Below, in pieces: positions 28,971-39,303 of a stretch of DNA of 64,000 bases. Source of the stretch: Bacteroidota bacterium (GTDB taxonomy: Bacteria > Bacteroidota > Ignavibacteria > UBA10030); NCBI GenBank assembly GCA_050013655.1, contig JBEKEV010000011.1, positions 13,703 through 77,702 on the forward strand. The letters are read 5' to 3'. A program made the translations under genes and the position numbers. Position 1 is the first letter of the stretch. The number at the start of each line of letters is the position of its first letter. Below the pieces are notes generated by a model. That model was not told the origin of the DNA and ran no database searches. It saw only the letters and a program-made list of their open reading frames with translations.

Positions 28971-30681
28971 TTATCGAAATATATAATACAAACAAACAAA
29001 TGTTATGAGTACAATGACGGAGAGAATGCGATAATTCCCGAGAGCATGTCCGTGTGCTTCACCTTTTAACGGCTCCCGCCAATTTTTCCACACCAGTAAT
29101 TTTGCTTCTTCTTTGAGCGGTTCAGGAAGGCTGTGAGAAGCAAACACCATGATGGCACTGCAGATAACTAACAGATAAAACGCAGTCATCATAAAGTTTC
29201 CACTATACACTCCATTCCAATCAAGGAGAAACATGACAAATCCGAGAACGGCACCGGAGACCAATGTCATATATGCAGCCCTGCCTGACGCCTTTTTCCA
29301 GAATACACCGAAAAGAAAAACGGTGGTGATAGGCGGGGCGATGTACGAAATCAACTTGTTCAATCCCTCGATAATAGTATTGTAATGACCAAAGATCGGT
29401 GATAAAACAACGGCTAGAATTGTGGCAACAACCGTGGTTATTTTTCCTATCACAACGAGCTGGTGATCGTTGGTCTTCGGACGCCACCTTTTGAATATGT
29501 CATAGGAAAACAACGTCGCTGTAGAATTGAGTGCTGCTGAGCAGGTCTGCATCGCCGCCGCAAGCATCGCAGCGGTGATAAGGCCTTTCAGGCCGATTGG
29601 CAATATATGCATGATCATGAATGTATAGGTGTCAGCCGCCGATTTCGGGGCTTCACCATGAAAGTAATTATTCTGAATAAGGGCTACACAAATAACTCCG
29701 GGCAGTACAAAGAAGAATACCGGAAGAATTTTAAGGAATGCACAAAACAATGGTCCTAAGCGCGCTTGTTTTTCATCCTTCGCTGCAAGAACTCGCTGTA
29801 CAATCGTTTGATCACATGCCCAATACCAAATCCCGAGCACAGGGTATCCCAAGAGAATGGAGTACCATGATAATCCGGAAGGATCGCCGTCAGAACGTAT
29901 CATACTTAAGAAATTGCTTGTATTCCACATAATCCCGGAACCTGCTTTTCCCGCCAGAGGATGCGGTTGTGTGCTCAGCGTCTGGACTAACACGTTCCAT
30001 CCTCCAATTTTAATATACCCAACCACAGTGATACAGATTGCACCGGCCAAAAGCAATATTGTCTGTACGCTTTCTGTTAATACAACCGCGAGCAATCCGC
30101 CAATCATCGTATAAATACAGGTAAGAACACCGAGCACGATGATGAAGAACATCAAAGCATCGATACCAAAAATTTCTGCACCGGGCGGAATATTCATGAT
30201 GCCGCGCAATACCCAAGCCGCAGTATATAAAGCGACTCCGATATGAATAACAACCGCTGATATAATAGAGATTATCGCCAACCAATCACGGCAATGACGA
30301 TTGTATCTTCGTTCTAGATAATCCGGTAATGTAGGTACACGTGAGCGTAAATAGAGCGGTGCAAAGAATAGCGAGAGAAGAATGAGTGTGAATCCCGCCA
30401 TCCATTCGAAGTTGCCGTAAATCAATCCATATTTATATGCCGACTCTGCCAAACTTACTAAATGGACTGTGGAAATATTTGCCGCAAACATAGCCAACCC
30501 GATAACCGGCCACGTCAGTGTATTCCCTGCTAAAAAGTAATGGCTTCCTTCTCCCCCTTTCCGTCTCTTGAAACCCCGACCATATTCCTAATCCGACAAT
30601 TCCAACCAAATACAAAATGATGATCGTATAATCGATGGACGAGACGTTCATGGTGGACACCCTTTTGAATGAATTGCTCAT
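28971..30681 (-). CDS. Sodium:solute symporter (SSS family) carrying an apparent +/-1 frameshift at about 30550-30560 (C5 homopolymer)
   Basis: ORF 30433..30681 encodes the N-terminal TM1 (MNVSSIDYTIIILYLVGIVGLGIWSG...ERGRRK). After a 1-nt frame change the reading continues GEGSHYFLAGNTLTWPVIGLAMFAANISTVHL... into ORF 28971..30497. The joined reading is a canonical SSS N-terminus. Confidence 0.7.
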
Positions 30682-30683
30682 TC

Positions 30684-31830
30684 TTAATCAAGTTTTCTTC
30701 GAATCTTTATTTGCATTGCGCCGGCAATTGGTTTTTCAGAAACAAGTATGAGATATCCGCCACCGCCGGCTCCTGAAAGTTTCCAGCCGTACGCTCTTTC
30801 TTTATACTTGTCAATTGTCTTTAAGATAAAATCATCGATCATACTCGGGAACATTGTTATCTGTGCTTCAAACGACGCTCGAAAATATTTTCCAAAACTT
30901 TCCAGATCATGATTCAGAATTGAATTCCAACACCGTTCCGTTGCGTCAGCCAGATCCTTCGCCAAACGTTCATTGATTCTTGTATGATCCAACACATCAT
31001 ATCCGGAGTCTCTTGGTTCAAGAGTGACAAGGTAGAGGTGCTGTTCAATCCAGGATAATATATTTTCATCATCTACTGTCGTGATGTGTTTTGGCCAGTA
31101 CTCGCCGTCGTACTCAAGCTTATTGAGAGCGGGCATGATTATTCCCAGAGCGTCCTGGGAGCCGGCAATCACTTTACTTCCGGGAGGATTTTCAAAACAA
31201 AAAAGGAGTCGCGCAAGATGTTCTTTGTCTCCCGAAGGTACATCTGTGTGCCAGAGTTTAATTGCTTGTCTTCGCGTGCTCGAAGCCATCCCACTGCGTT
31301 CATTGAATTCAATGGTCGGTTCAATGGAAATAGTCACAACCGACCCTGGGAGAATATTTTCCGACATAGGGCTGATCAAGCCATCCTCCTGCAAGGTCTA
31401 TTCGATAGGGCATCGTACATTCTTCTCTCAACGATGTGGAGGAACGGACTGGTAAATGGTTATGTGGAATCCTTTTGAGTACTAAATACTCAATTCCAAG
31501 TTTCTTGCTTAATTCTTCTTTCGCAAGAGTATTTCCATCTTCATTGACTATAAATATATCCGGTTGTAGTTGTTTGATCTCTTCAATAAAATCGAGGAGT
31601 CCGCTGCCGAAATTGATCTGACAATGATTCACGCATGATAATGCCTGAAGCATATATTTCCGTTCATCCTGGTTGTTCACCGGATAACGGCCTTTGAGGG
31701 CAGAAACAGTACTATCACTGCCAAGTCCGACATAGACATCTCCATATTGAGCTGCCTCTTGCAGAAACGCAATATGTCCGCTGTGGAGCATATCAAAGCA
31801 TCCAGTCACAAAAACTTTTTTCTTGCCCAT
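30684..31830 (-). CDS. Fusion of an HldC/RfaE-domain-II-like nucleotidyltransferase (cytidylyltransferase fold) to a GHMP sugar kinase, split by an apparent frameshift near 31345-31365
   Basis: The N-terminal 140 aa KVFVTGCFDMLHSGHIAFLQ...LGSDSTVSALKG..RYPV is the HIGH-motif nucleotidyltransferase; then RIDLAGGWLDQPYV (GHMP motif 1). The overlapping ORF 30684..31394 continues GSVVTISI... and holds GWKLSGAGGGGYLILV (GHMP motif 3). Confidence 0.6.
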
Positions 31831-31967
31831 TGTTCTTTCCTCATTTATAGTAAGACACCTATTCTCTCCTGTTGCATGATCTCCCTCAAGAATTTCTCAC
31901 GCGCATCGGCTTGAGTTTTTTCTCAGGGATTAGAAAATTTGAGAGTATTTTCAATATAAAGCACCGG

Positions 31968-32069
31968 TTATTGCTTGTCCATCCCTAAATAGTTGATCCA
32001 TGGAAGCGATGTATCCGGCTTCGTAATTATATATTCCCGATTTTTATCATCAAAATATCCGTAGCTCAT
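31968..32069 (-). pseudogene. Remnant of a GH94 phosphorylase N-terminus (33 codons then a stop)
   Basis: Minus-strand [33 protein letters not shown](stop) is about 75% nucleotide-identical to the 5' end of the GH94 gene at 3160-3265. Confidence 0.6.
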
Positions 32070-32101
32070 ATTGTTCCCTTTGATAACTCTTTTTTAAATT
32101 C

Positions 32102-34498
32102 TTACATTTCAACAAGAACTTCATTGTTCTCCATCATTCGATCAAGAGGAATAAGATTGTCGTCGATGACATTACCATTTAAAATGATTTTTTTTACACC
32201 TTTCTGAGCCCCATTCTTATTTTTTATCATAATGTCAAAATTTTTATTTCTGAATCTTCGCGTAATTTTCACTTCTTTCCATTTCGATGGAATACAAGGA
32301 TCGATCCTTAATCCGAAATAATCGGGCTGAATACCAAGAATATATTGTGCGGCAGTATAATATGCCCACGATGCCGTTCCACTCAGCCATGGCAACCGTG
32401 AAGCGCCATAGCGCGGACTGTACTTGCTATGGGTAAACTGACAATACACATATGGTTCAGTTTCGCGCACTTCGGCTTTTTTATTATACGCGGAAGGCAT
32501 AAACTTGCGAAAATATTCGTAAGCGCGATTACCTCTGCCTGTTAATGCCTCTGCCATAACCACCCAGCTTTGAGTATGCTGAAAAATCGAGGCGTTTTCT
32601 TTCATCCCTTTATTGAACAATCTTGCTTTAATCACCTTGTGATCGGTTTTCTCGACAGGCGGATCGCAGATCATAAGTCCATACTCTGTTGATAATCGCT
32701 TCCGAACAACATCCAATAAATTTCCTGATTGTTCCTTGTCTGTATGTCCGCTGATCACTGCCCAAGGCTGCGGTTCTAAGAACATTGATGCCTCTTCATT
32801 TTCTTTCGAACCGAATTTCAGACCATCAGCCCTGTAAGCGCGCAAATACCATTCACCGTCCCACGCATGCTTTTCAAGATTTTCATCAAGAGCATTCAGA
32901 TGACCCTCTGCCCATTTTACCTCTTCAGGTTTATTGAACATCATTGCAATTTCGATGTACGTTTTGAGCGCATAGCGAAGTTGAAAAGCTACAAATGTCG
33001 TCTCGCCATCTTGTCCGAGAACCAAACAATCATTCCAATCAGCCGATAGACCGCAGGGAAAACCATGCTTGCCTGAATGATCAAGATTAAATTGTATTGC
33101 CCGGCGAAGATGCCCGAACACAGTATCTTCTCCCTTATCGGCGTATGGAAGGACTTTTTTGTAGAAAGAAATGTCTCCGCTCTCTTTTACATAGGCCGGA
33201 ATGGTATTAAAGAGCCACATACAATCATCTGAGCGATATTCTTTTTCGTCAGGTGCTTTTTCCTTTCCGGGTGTATGCGCAAACGGCTTGACCACAGGCA
33301 TCGCGCCGCCGCTGGAAACCTGCCCTGTGATCATCAATTCAAGCCGCTCTTTCACATCGTCGGGAATCGAATGAAGAATGCCGAGCAAATCCTGAACCGT
33401 ATCACGGTACCCAAGTCCATCCCGCTCACCTGAATATACCAGACTTGCTGCACGCGACCATGCAAATGTCATTAAATTGTTGTACGGATTCCATGTATTG
33501 AACATACTGTTAAAATCGGCATCTGGAGTTATCGCTGTCATACCGGCAATTCTTGAGTGCCAGTATTCTTTCAGCTTTGCAAATTCCTCACGTACTTTGT
33601 CCGGATTTCCCAATTCTCGAACTGCTTGTTTTCCTTCAACACTGGCAGCACCGATGCCCATTAGCACAACTAACTCTTTCGATTCTCCCGGCTTCAAATC
33701 GATGTCGACTTGCAATGTTCCGCATGCATTATCACCGACTGCTTTTGAGTTTTTGCATTTTCCTTTTTCGACAACAAGAGGATTCGCATATGTGCGGTAC
33801 GGACCGATAAATATTTCTCTATCAGTATCATATCCTTTCACCTTTGCACCGGAAAGAGCAAGAAATGTATGACGCCCTTGTCCATTGTCTTCGAATTTAT
33901 CCGGTAGTGCGGGCATAAAGACATTGGTCCCATGATCGATGATATTTCCAACGACATCCATCTTCATGATGTATTGTGAATACTGTAGATTGATCATATC
34001 TTGCGAGAGATTCCAGTTGTTTGCATACTCGACAAATGTAAAAACACTCAATCTTCTTTTTTTCTTTCCAGTATTTGTTATTTTCATCAGCCAGCATTCG
34101 TACATTTTGCCAAGCGGGACAAAGTATAATGTTTCCGTTTTGATGGAAGAATATTCGGAAGAGATTTTCGTATACGCAGAACCATGACGGCATTCGGATT
34201 TATATTCCTTCAAAGATTTTCCAACGGGCTGCCACGAAGCCGACCAATAATCCTTGCTGTCCTTATCACGCAAGTAAAGATAACGGCCCGGCTGATCCAT
34301 CGGAATAACATTGAATCGGAGGCGCGTGAAGCGGCCCTGTGCAGCAGATTTCACAAAGCTGTATCCGCCAGCATTGTTGGTAATAATTGCACCGTATTCT
34401 GTCGAACCCAAATAATTACTCCATGACTTCGGAGTATCCGGTCGTTTCATCACGTATTCTTTATTCTTATCGTCAAAAAATCCATACTGCATATTCAA
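32102..34498 (-). CDS. GH94 glycoside phosphorylase, cellobiose/cellodextrin/chitobiose-phosphorylase type (second paralog)
   Basis: 798 aa; N-terminus MNMQYGFFDDKNKEYVMKRPDTPKSWSNYLGS; GH94-like throughout; diverged from the gene at 827..3265. Confidence 0.85.
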   Translation of the reverse strand: MNMQYGFFDDKNKEYVMKRPDTPKSWSNYLGSTEYGAIITNNAGGYSFVKSAAQGRFTRLRFNVIPMDQPGRYLYLRDKDSKDYWSASWQPVGKSLKEYKSECRHGSAYTKISSEYSSIKTETLYFVPLGKMYECWLMKITNTGKKKRRLSVFTFVEYANNWNLSQDMINLQYSQYIMKMDVVGNIIDHGTNVFMPALPDKFEDNGQGRHTFLALSGAKVKGYDTDREIFIGPYRTYANPLVVEKGKCKNSKAVGDNACGTLQVDIDLKPGESKELVVLMGIGAASVEGKQAVRELGNPDKVREEFAKLKEYWHSRIAGMTAITPDADFNSMFNTWNPYNNLMTFAWSRAASLVYSGERDGLGYRDTVQDLLGILHSIPDDVKERLELMITGQVSSGGAMPVVKPFAHTPGKEKAPDEKEYRSDDCMWLFNTIPAYVKESGDISFYKKVLPYADKGEDTVFGHLRRAIQFNLDHSGKHGFPCGLSADWNDCLVLGQDGETTFVAFQLRYALKTYIEIAMMFNKPEEVKWAEGHLNALDENLEKHAWDGEWYLRAYRADGLKFGSKENEEASMFLEPQPWAVISGHTDKEQSGNLLDVVRKRLSTEYGLMICDPPVEKTDHKVIKARLFNKGMKENASIFQHTQSWVVMAEALTGRGNRAYEYFRKFMPSAYNKKAEVRETEPYVYCQFTHSKYSPRYGASRLPWLSGTASWAYYTAAQYILGIQPDYFGLRIDPCIPSKWKEVKITRRFRNKNFDIMIKNKNGAQKGVKKIILNGNVIDDNLIPLDRMMENNEVLVEM

Positions 34499-34529
34499 GT
34501 TCTCCGTTAATTATTTTTGAACGAAAGCA

Positions 34530-36029
34530 TTACACAGTTTTTGGTTCCGCATCATTCGCTTTCCGTCTTGCATCCAGTTCCTCTTTCACTTTTTTCATCG
34601 TCGGTTCATCTAATTTATAGAAGAACGCCAAAATGATGAACGCAACCGAACCAATCGCAACGGGAATAATGCTCATCATATTCCTCAAACCGTTCTGGAC
34701 ATCAATGTTTTGAATAACGTTGGCGACAAAACCAGTCTGATCCAAAATAAACGCAGCAATCATACTCCCTACAGCCCAACCAATTTTGTTAGACATAATA
34801 GAAGCCGAGAAGACAAGGCCTGTTGCTCTTCTCCCGGTTTTCCATTCTGAATAGTCGGCTGTATCTGCATACAGAACCCACAGCAGCGCGGAAATCGGTC
34901 CACCTGTTAATGATCCGAAGAATTGGAAAATAAAAATCAACAATAAGTTTTCCGGCTTGAAGAAATAGAATGCCCCCGTGCAAACCAATGCCACAACGAA
35001 AAGAATGAGGACACCGCCCTTCCTTCCGAATATTTTTGCGAACCAAGGAACCAAAAGAACACCTACGAGCGATAATCCCTGACCAAGAGTGTTAAAAACG
35101 GATGTCAACACTTCAAAACCAAATTTATGAGTCACATCCAATATTGCAATCTGTTCTTTTCCAAAAATGCCATAGAGAGGATTAAGAATACATTGGATGA
35201 AGAAATTAGAGATGTGTGCGAGCAACGGGCTGGCCTGTTCTCCGATATAATATTTAAAATAGTGCGTCGTCACACTGAGTCGGATACAGACAAAGAGGAT
35301 AAAGAGAATCGTCACAATGAACAATAACATCCATGGAACGTTCTTGGACAAATCCTTCAAATCATTTTTGACGGAAGTTTTTTCTTTTGCAATGGGCTGA
35401 ATGCGTTCACGCGTTGAAAGGAACGTAATCAAGAAGAAAATAATTGCCGCAATCCCATAGAAGCCCATGGTCATTTGCCACCCTTTTGCTGCATTGCCAC
35501 CTCCGAAATGCGCCGCCAATGGAAGAACCGTCGCAGAGACGATAAACCCACCGAGATATGCTCCAACGAATTTAAACGATGAGGCGCTCGTTCTTTCGAC
35601 CGGATCTCCGCTAATAACACCCAGCAACGCTGTATACGGAATATTGACGGCTGAATAGAGGAACATAAAAAGAATAAAGGTACCATAGGCGTAGACAAGT
35701 TTGCCTGCTTCGCTAAACTCAGGTGTTGAAAATGCCAAGAATGCAGACACAGCCAACGGGACAGCTCCCCATAAAATATATGGCCTGAATTTTCCCCACC
35801 GGCTCTTTGTCCGATCCGCAGTCATTCCTATCACGACATCAAAAAAAGCGTCCAATATTCTTGAAATAAAAAACATTAAGCCCGCTGCTTTCCCGGTCAG
35901 ACCAAAAATATCTGTATAAAAGAAAAGGAGCTGCGACATGATCGTTGCCCAGAAAAGACATGATGCTAAATCGCCAAATCCGTACCCGATCTTTTCTTTT
36001 ATCGAAAGCTTCTGAGTGATATTATCCAT
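34530..36029 (-). CDS. Major facilitator superfamily transporter of the glycoside-pentoside-hexuronide (GPH) family, a glycoside:cation symporter (MelB/LacS-like)
   Basis: KIGYGFGDLASCLFW...LLFFYTDIFGL...DAFFDVVIGMTADRTKSRWGKFRPYIL is the GPH family signature; 12 predicted TM helices. Confidence 0.85.
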   Translation of the reverse strand: MDNITQKLSIKEKIGYGFGDLASCLFWATIMSQLLFFYTDIFGLTGKAAGLMFFISRILDAFFDVVIGMTADRTKSRWGKFRPYILWGAVPLAVSAFLAFSTPEFSEAGKLVYAYGTFILFMFLYSAVNIPYTALLGVISGDPVERTSASSFKFVGAYLGGFIVSATVLPLAAHFGGGNAAKGWQMTMGFYGIAAIIFFLITFLSTRERIQPIAKEKTSVKNDLKDLSKNVPWMLLFIVTILFILFVCIRLSVTTHYFKYYIGEQASPLLAHISNFFIQCILNPLYGIFGKEQIAILDVTHKFGFEVLTSVFNTLGQGLSLVGVLLVPWFAKIFGRKGGVLILFVVALVCTGAFYFFKPENLLLIFIFQFFGSLTGGPISALLWVLYADTADYSEWKTGRRATGLVFSASIMSNKIGWAVGSMIAAFILDQTGFVANVIQNIDVQNGLRNMMSIIPVAIGSVAFIILAFFYKLDEPTMKKVKEELDARRKANDAEPKTV

Positions 36030-36092
36030 AAAAATCTCCTAACCTTGATACACCGATGAGTTTGTAATTATTATAAATTCTTATTAAAGATG

Positions 36093-38219
36093 TTATTGCA
36101 ATTCTATAGATCTCTGCAATTTTATGTCTTGAGAAGAAGACCCAACAAAAATATTAAACCTTCCTTTTTCTGCAAACCAATCCTTCGTAGCCGGATTCCA
36201 GAAGGAAAAATCCTTCATAGTTAATTGTATCTGTACATTCATACTTTGTCCGGCTTCGATTTCTACTTTTTTAAATCCTTTCAGTTCTTTTACCGGCCTG
36301 GGAACAGAACACTCAACATCTTGCACATACAATTGTGCAATTTCCAGACCATTGTGCTTTCCAATATTTCTTACCGTAAAGCTTACTTGAATGGTATCTT
36401 GGTCATGAAAGGTATCCTTAGAAACTTTTAAATCACTGTATTCAAAAGTAGTGTAAGAAAGTCCATGACCAAATGGATACAGCGGTTCAATATTGTTCTT
36501 TTCATACCAGCGATAACCCGAAAATATTCCTTCTGTATAGCGGACATCATACACTGGATGGTCTTTTTCGCTTTTATCATTCCACTTCTTATACAATGTT
36601 TCTCCTTCCGGAACGTAACCATAACCCGGCGAATCTTTGAAATCTTTTTCGATGGTTATGGGAAGTTTTCCGGACGGGTTTATTTTTCCCGAAAGGATTT
36701 CTGCTAATGCAGTATTCCCATTTTGACCAACATACCATGCATAGATAATCGCTTTCGCTTTATCATTCAAATCTGTCATTCTGATTCCGCTGCCGGAAGT
36801 GACAATGACGATGGTATTTGGATTATTATTCACACATTCTTGCACTTTACTCTCTTGATCTTCCGGAAGTTCAAATAGACGATCCCATCCTTCACTATCT
36901 TGCGTGCCGACGTTACACAGGACGACATTGGCTGATTTAATTTGCTCGAGACTCGGATTGTTCACATAGACGATTCTTTTACTAAATTCTTTTCTTAATT
37001 CGTCAATCATCAATCGCTGATGATATCCTATCACTTCTGCAGACCCTCCGCCCCTTGCAATTTTTTTTACATAAGCACCTGTCACTAATATGGTTTTTGA
37101 ATTGTTTTTCAAGGGAAGAATATCATTTTCATTCTTCAGAAGTACTATTCCTTCGCGGGCTGATCGGAGAGCAATCAGCTCATGATTTTCATACATCGCA
37201 TCATCCGGTGGAAGTTTTTTCTGATCATGAAATTTCATGGAAAAATATGTCCGTAAGATGCTTTTTACCATTCGATCGATATCTTCGATCTTCACTTTTC
37301 CATCTTGAAGAAGCTGGTGAGCATCTTTGAGAGCAACGGTAAACGGCATCTCCAAATCCTGACCGGATCTTGCCAGCTTTTCACCGTCATACACAGACCA
37401 CCAGTCTGTCATCACCAACCATTTGAAACCCAGCTGCTTTCGTAAAATAGTATTAATCGCGTATTCGCTTTGTCCGCACCATTCGCCATTTAACAAATTA
37501 TACGAGGTCATGACCGCTCTCGCACCGGCATCTATTCCCGCTTTAAACGGCGGCAAATAGATCTCGTGCAATGTTCTTTCGTCAATAATTGAATTGCTCT
37601 TTCTTCTGAAATATTCCGTATTGTTCGCCAAAAAATGTTTTAATGTTGCTACCGTTCCTGTGCTCTGTACTCCCTGCACATACTTTTCAATCAATCGTGC
37701 TCGAAGAAACGGATCTTCACCGAAATATTCGAAATTGCGGCCGCATTGTGAGTGCCGGTAACTATTCAAACCCGGCCCAAGTAAAATGCCAATTCCACCA
37801 TGGCGACATTCTTCACCGACAGCTTCTGCAAATTTGTAGGTAAGTTCTGGATTCCAGGTTGTAGCCAGTAACAGCGGACATGGGAAAGCTGTAGATTTTT
37901 TCAATTGATATTTCGTTAAGTCATAGTCTTTAAATTTTCCTCTGATATGTACACCTTGCGTCGCATCGGTCATATAGACCTCAGAAAGATTCAGCCTGGG
38001 AATCGGCCTGAGAAAAAACGATCGATCACCACCGATGTATGCAATTTTTTCATCCAACGTCATCAATGCCAAAACCGAGTCAGCTATTTCATCAGCCTGC
38101 TCATACGAGAGCGGTTGAAATTGTTCCTTCTCCTTTTTTATAGATTGGGCTTTCGTGTGATTATAAAGAAGAAAGACAACAATCAACAATGACACTAAAA
38201 CGATTAATTCTTTATTCAT
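36093..38219 (-). CDS. GH3 beta-glucosidase/beta-xylosidase (BglX-like), secreted; the start is taken at the internal Met (the track ORF extends to 38258 and overlaps the AKR gene)
   Basis: Signal peptide MNKELIVLVSLLIVVF; GH3 motifs (KHFLANNTE, SYNLLNGEW, GFKWLVMTDW); C-terminal FnIII-like domain. Confidence 0.85.
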   Translation of the reverse strand: MNKELIVLVSLLIVVFLLYNHTKAQSIKKEKEQFQPLSYEQADEIADSVLALMTLDEKIAYIGGDRSFFLRPIPRLNLSEVYMTDATQGVHIRGKFKDYDLTKYQLKKSTAFPCPLLLATTWNPELTYKFAEAVGEECRHGGIGILLGPGLNSYRHSQCGRNFEYFGEDPFLRARLIEKYVQGVQSTGTVATLKHFLANNTEYFRRKSNSIIDERTLHEIYLPPFKAGIDAGARAVMTSYNLLNGEWCGQSEYAINTILRKQLGFKWLVMTDWWSVYDGEKLARSGQDLEMPFTVALKDAHQLLQDGKVKIEDIDRMVKSILRTYFSMKFHDQKKLPPDDAMYENHELIALRSAREGIVLLKNENDILPLKNNSKTILVTGAYVKKIARGGGSAEVIGYHQRLMIDELRKEFSKRIVYVNNPSLEQIKSANVVLCNVGTQDSEGWDRLFELPEDQESKVQECVNNNPNTIVIVTSGSGIRMTDLNDKAKAIIYAWYVGQNGNTALAEILSGKINPSGKLPITIEKDFKDSPGYGYVPEGETLYKKWNDKSEKDHPVYDVRYTEGIFSGYRWYEKNNIEPLYPFGHGLSYTTFEYSDLKVSKDTFHDQDTIQVSFTVRNIGKHNGLEIAQLYVQDVECSVPRPVKELKGFKKVEIEAGQSMNVQIQLTMKDFSFWNPATKDWFAEKGRFNIFVGSSSQDIKLQRSIELQ

Positions 38220-38235
38220 ACATCCACCTGAGTTA

Positions 38236-39207
38236 CTACGATTGTGATGGTTTACCATCTAATATTTTATCTATCATTTTTAATTCTTCAGATGAAAATT
38301 TCATATTCTTCAACGCTCCCACAGCATTCTCAATTTGAGGAACACGGCTGGCGCCGATGAGTACAGATGTCATTTCGGGATGGCGCAGCACCCAGGCAAG
38401 TGCCATTTGCGCCATTGACTGTGAACGCTGCCGCGCAATTTCATTCAGTCGACGTACTTTTGAGATTTTTTCCTCGGACACCTCTTCGACCTTTAAAAAT
38501 CCATGCGGCTTTGCGGCACGTGAATCCGCCGGAATACCATCTAGATATTTTTCGGTCAGCAATCCTTGTGCTAAAGGAGAGAATGCAATACATCCGATTC
38601 CTTCTTTTTTTAAAACTCTCAACAAATCTTTTTCAATCCATCGGTTGAACATGCTGTATTTCGGCTGATGGATGAGACAAGGGGTGCCAAGCGAACGAAG
38701 AATCTTTGAAGCTTTCGCAGTCAACCCCGGCGAATAATTAGAGACTCCAACATAGAGGGCTTTGCCGCTGCGGACAATCTGATCAAGCGCATACATCGTT
38801 TCTTCCAATGGTGTCTCAGGGTCCGGGCGGTGATGGTAAAAAATATCGACGTAATTCAATCCCAAGCGACTCAGACTTTGATCCAGACTCGCAATTAAAT
38901 ACTTCCTCGATCCCCAATCCCCATACGGACCTGGCCACATCTGGTATCCGGCTTTTGTTGAGATAATCAATTCGTCTCGATGCGATGAAAAATCCTTTCT
39001 CAATATTTTCTCGAAATTTTCTTCGGCTGATCCTGGAGAAGGGCCATAATTATTTGCCAGATCGAAATGCGTTATTCCCAGATCGAATGCGCATCGAATC
39101 ATTGCGCGTGCATTGCTAAATCTATCGATGCTTCCAAAATTATGCCACAATCCCAACGAAATGGCAGGTAATTTCAGTCCGCTTCGTCCGCATCGGTTAT
39201 ATTTCAT
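38236..39207 (-). CDS. gpr: Aldo-keto reductase, L-glyceraldehyde-3-phosphate reductase (YghZ/Gpr-like)
   Basis: The 323-aa sequence is near-collinear with E. coli YghZ (CGRSGLKLPAISLGLWHNFG, DLANNYGP, IISTKAGY, HRPDPETP). Confidence 0.85.
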   Translation of the reverse strand: MKYNRCGRSGLKLPAISLGLWHNFGSIDRFSNARAMIRCAFDLGITHFDLANNYGPSPGSAEENFEKILRKDFSSHRDELIISTKAGYQMWPGPYGDWGSRKYLIASLDQSLSRLGLNYVDIFYHHRPDPETPLEETMYALDQIVRSGKALYVGVSNYSPGLTAKASKILRSLGTPCLIHQPKYSMFNRWIEKDLLRVLKKEGIGCIAFSPLAQGLLTEKYLDGIPADSRAAKPHGFLKVEEVSEEKISKVRRLNEIARQRSQSMAQMALAWVLRHPEMTSVLIGASRVPQIENAVGALKNMKFSSEELKMIDKILDGKPSQS

Positions 39208-39303
39208 TTCATCGTATCTATCTATCGCTGGAGAATAGAACCCCGTGTGTCACCTGTTTCATAGAAAAGAGTGCGTACTGGAAAAATACTATTCATCTAA
39301 AAA

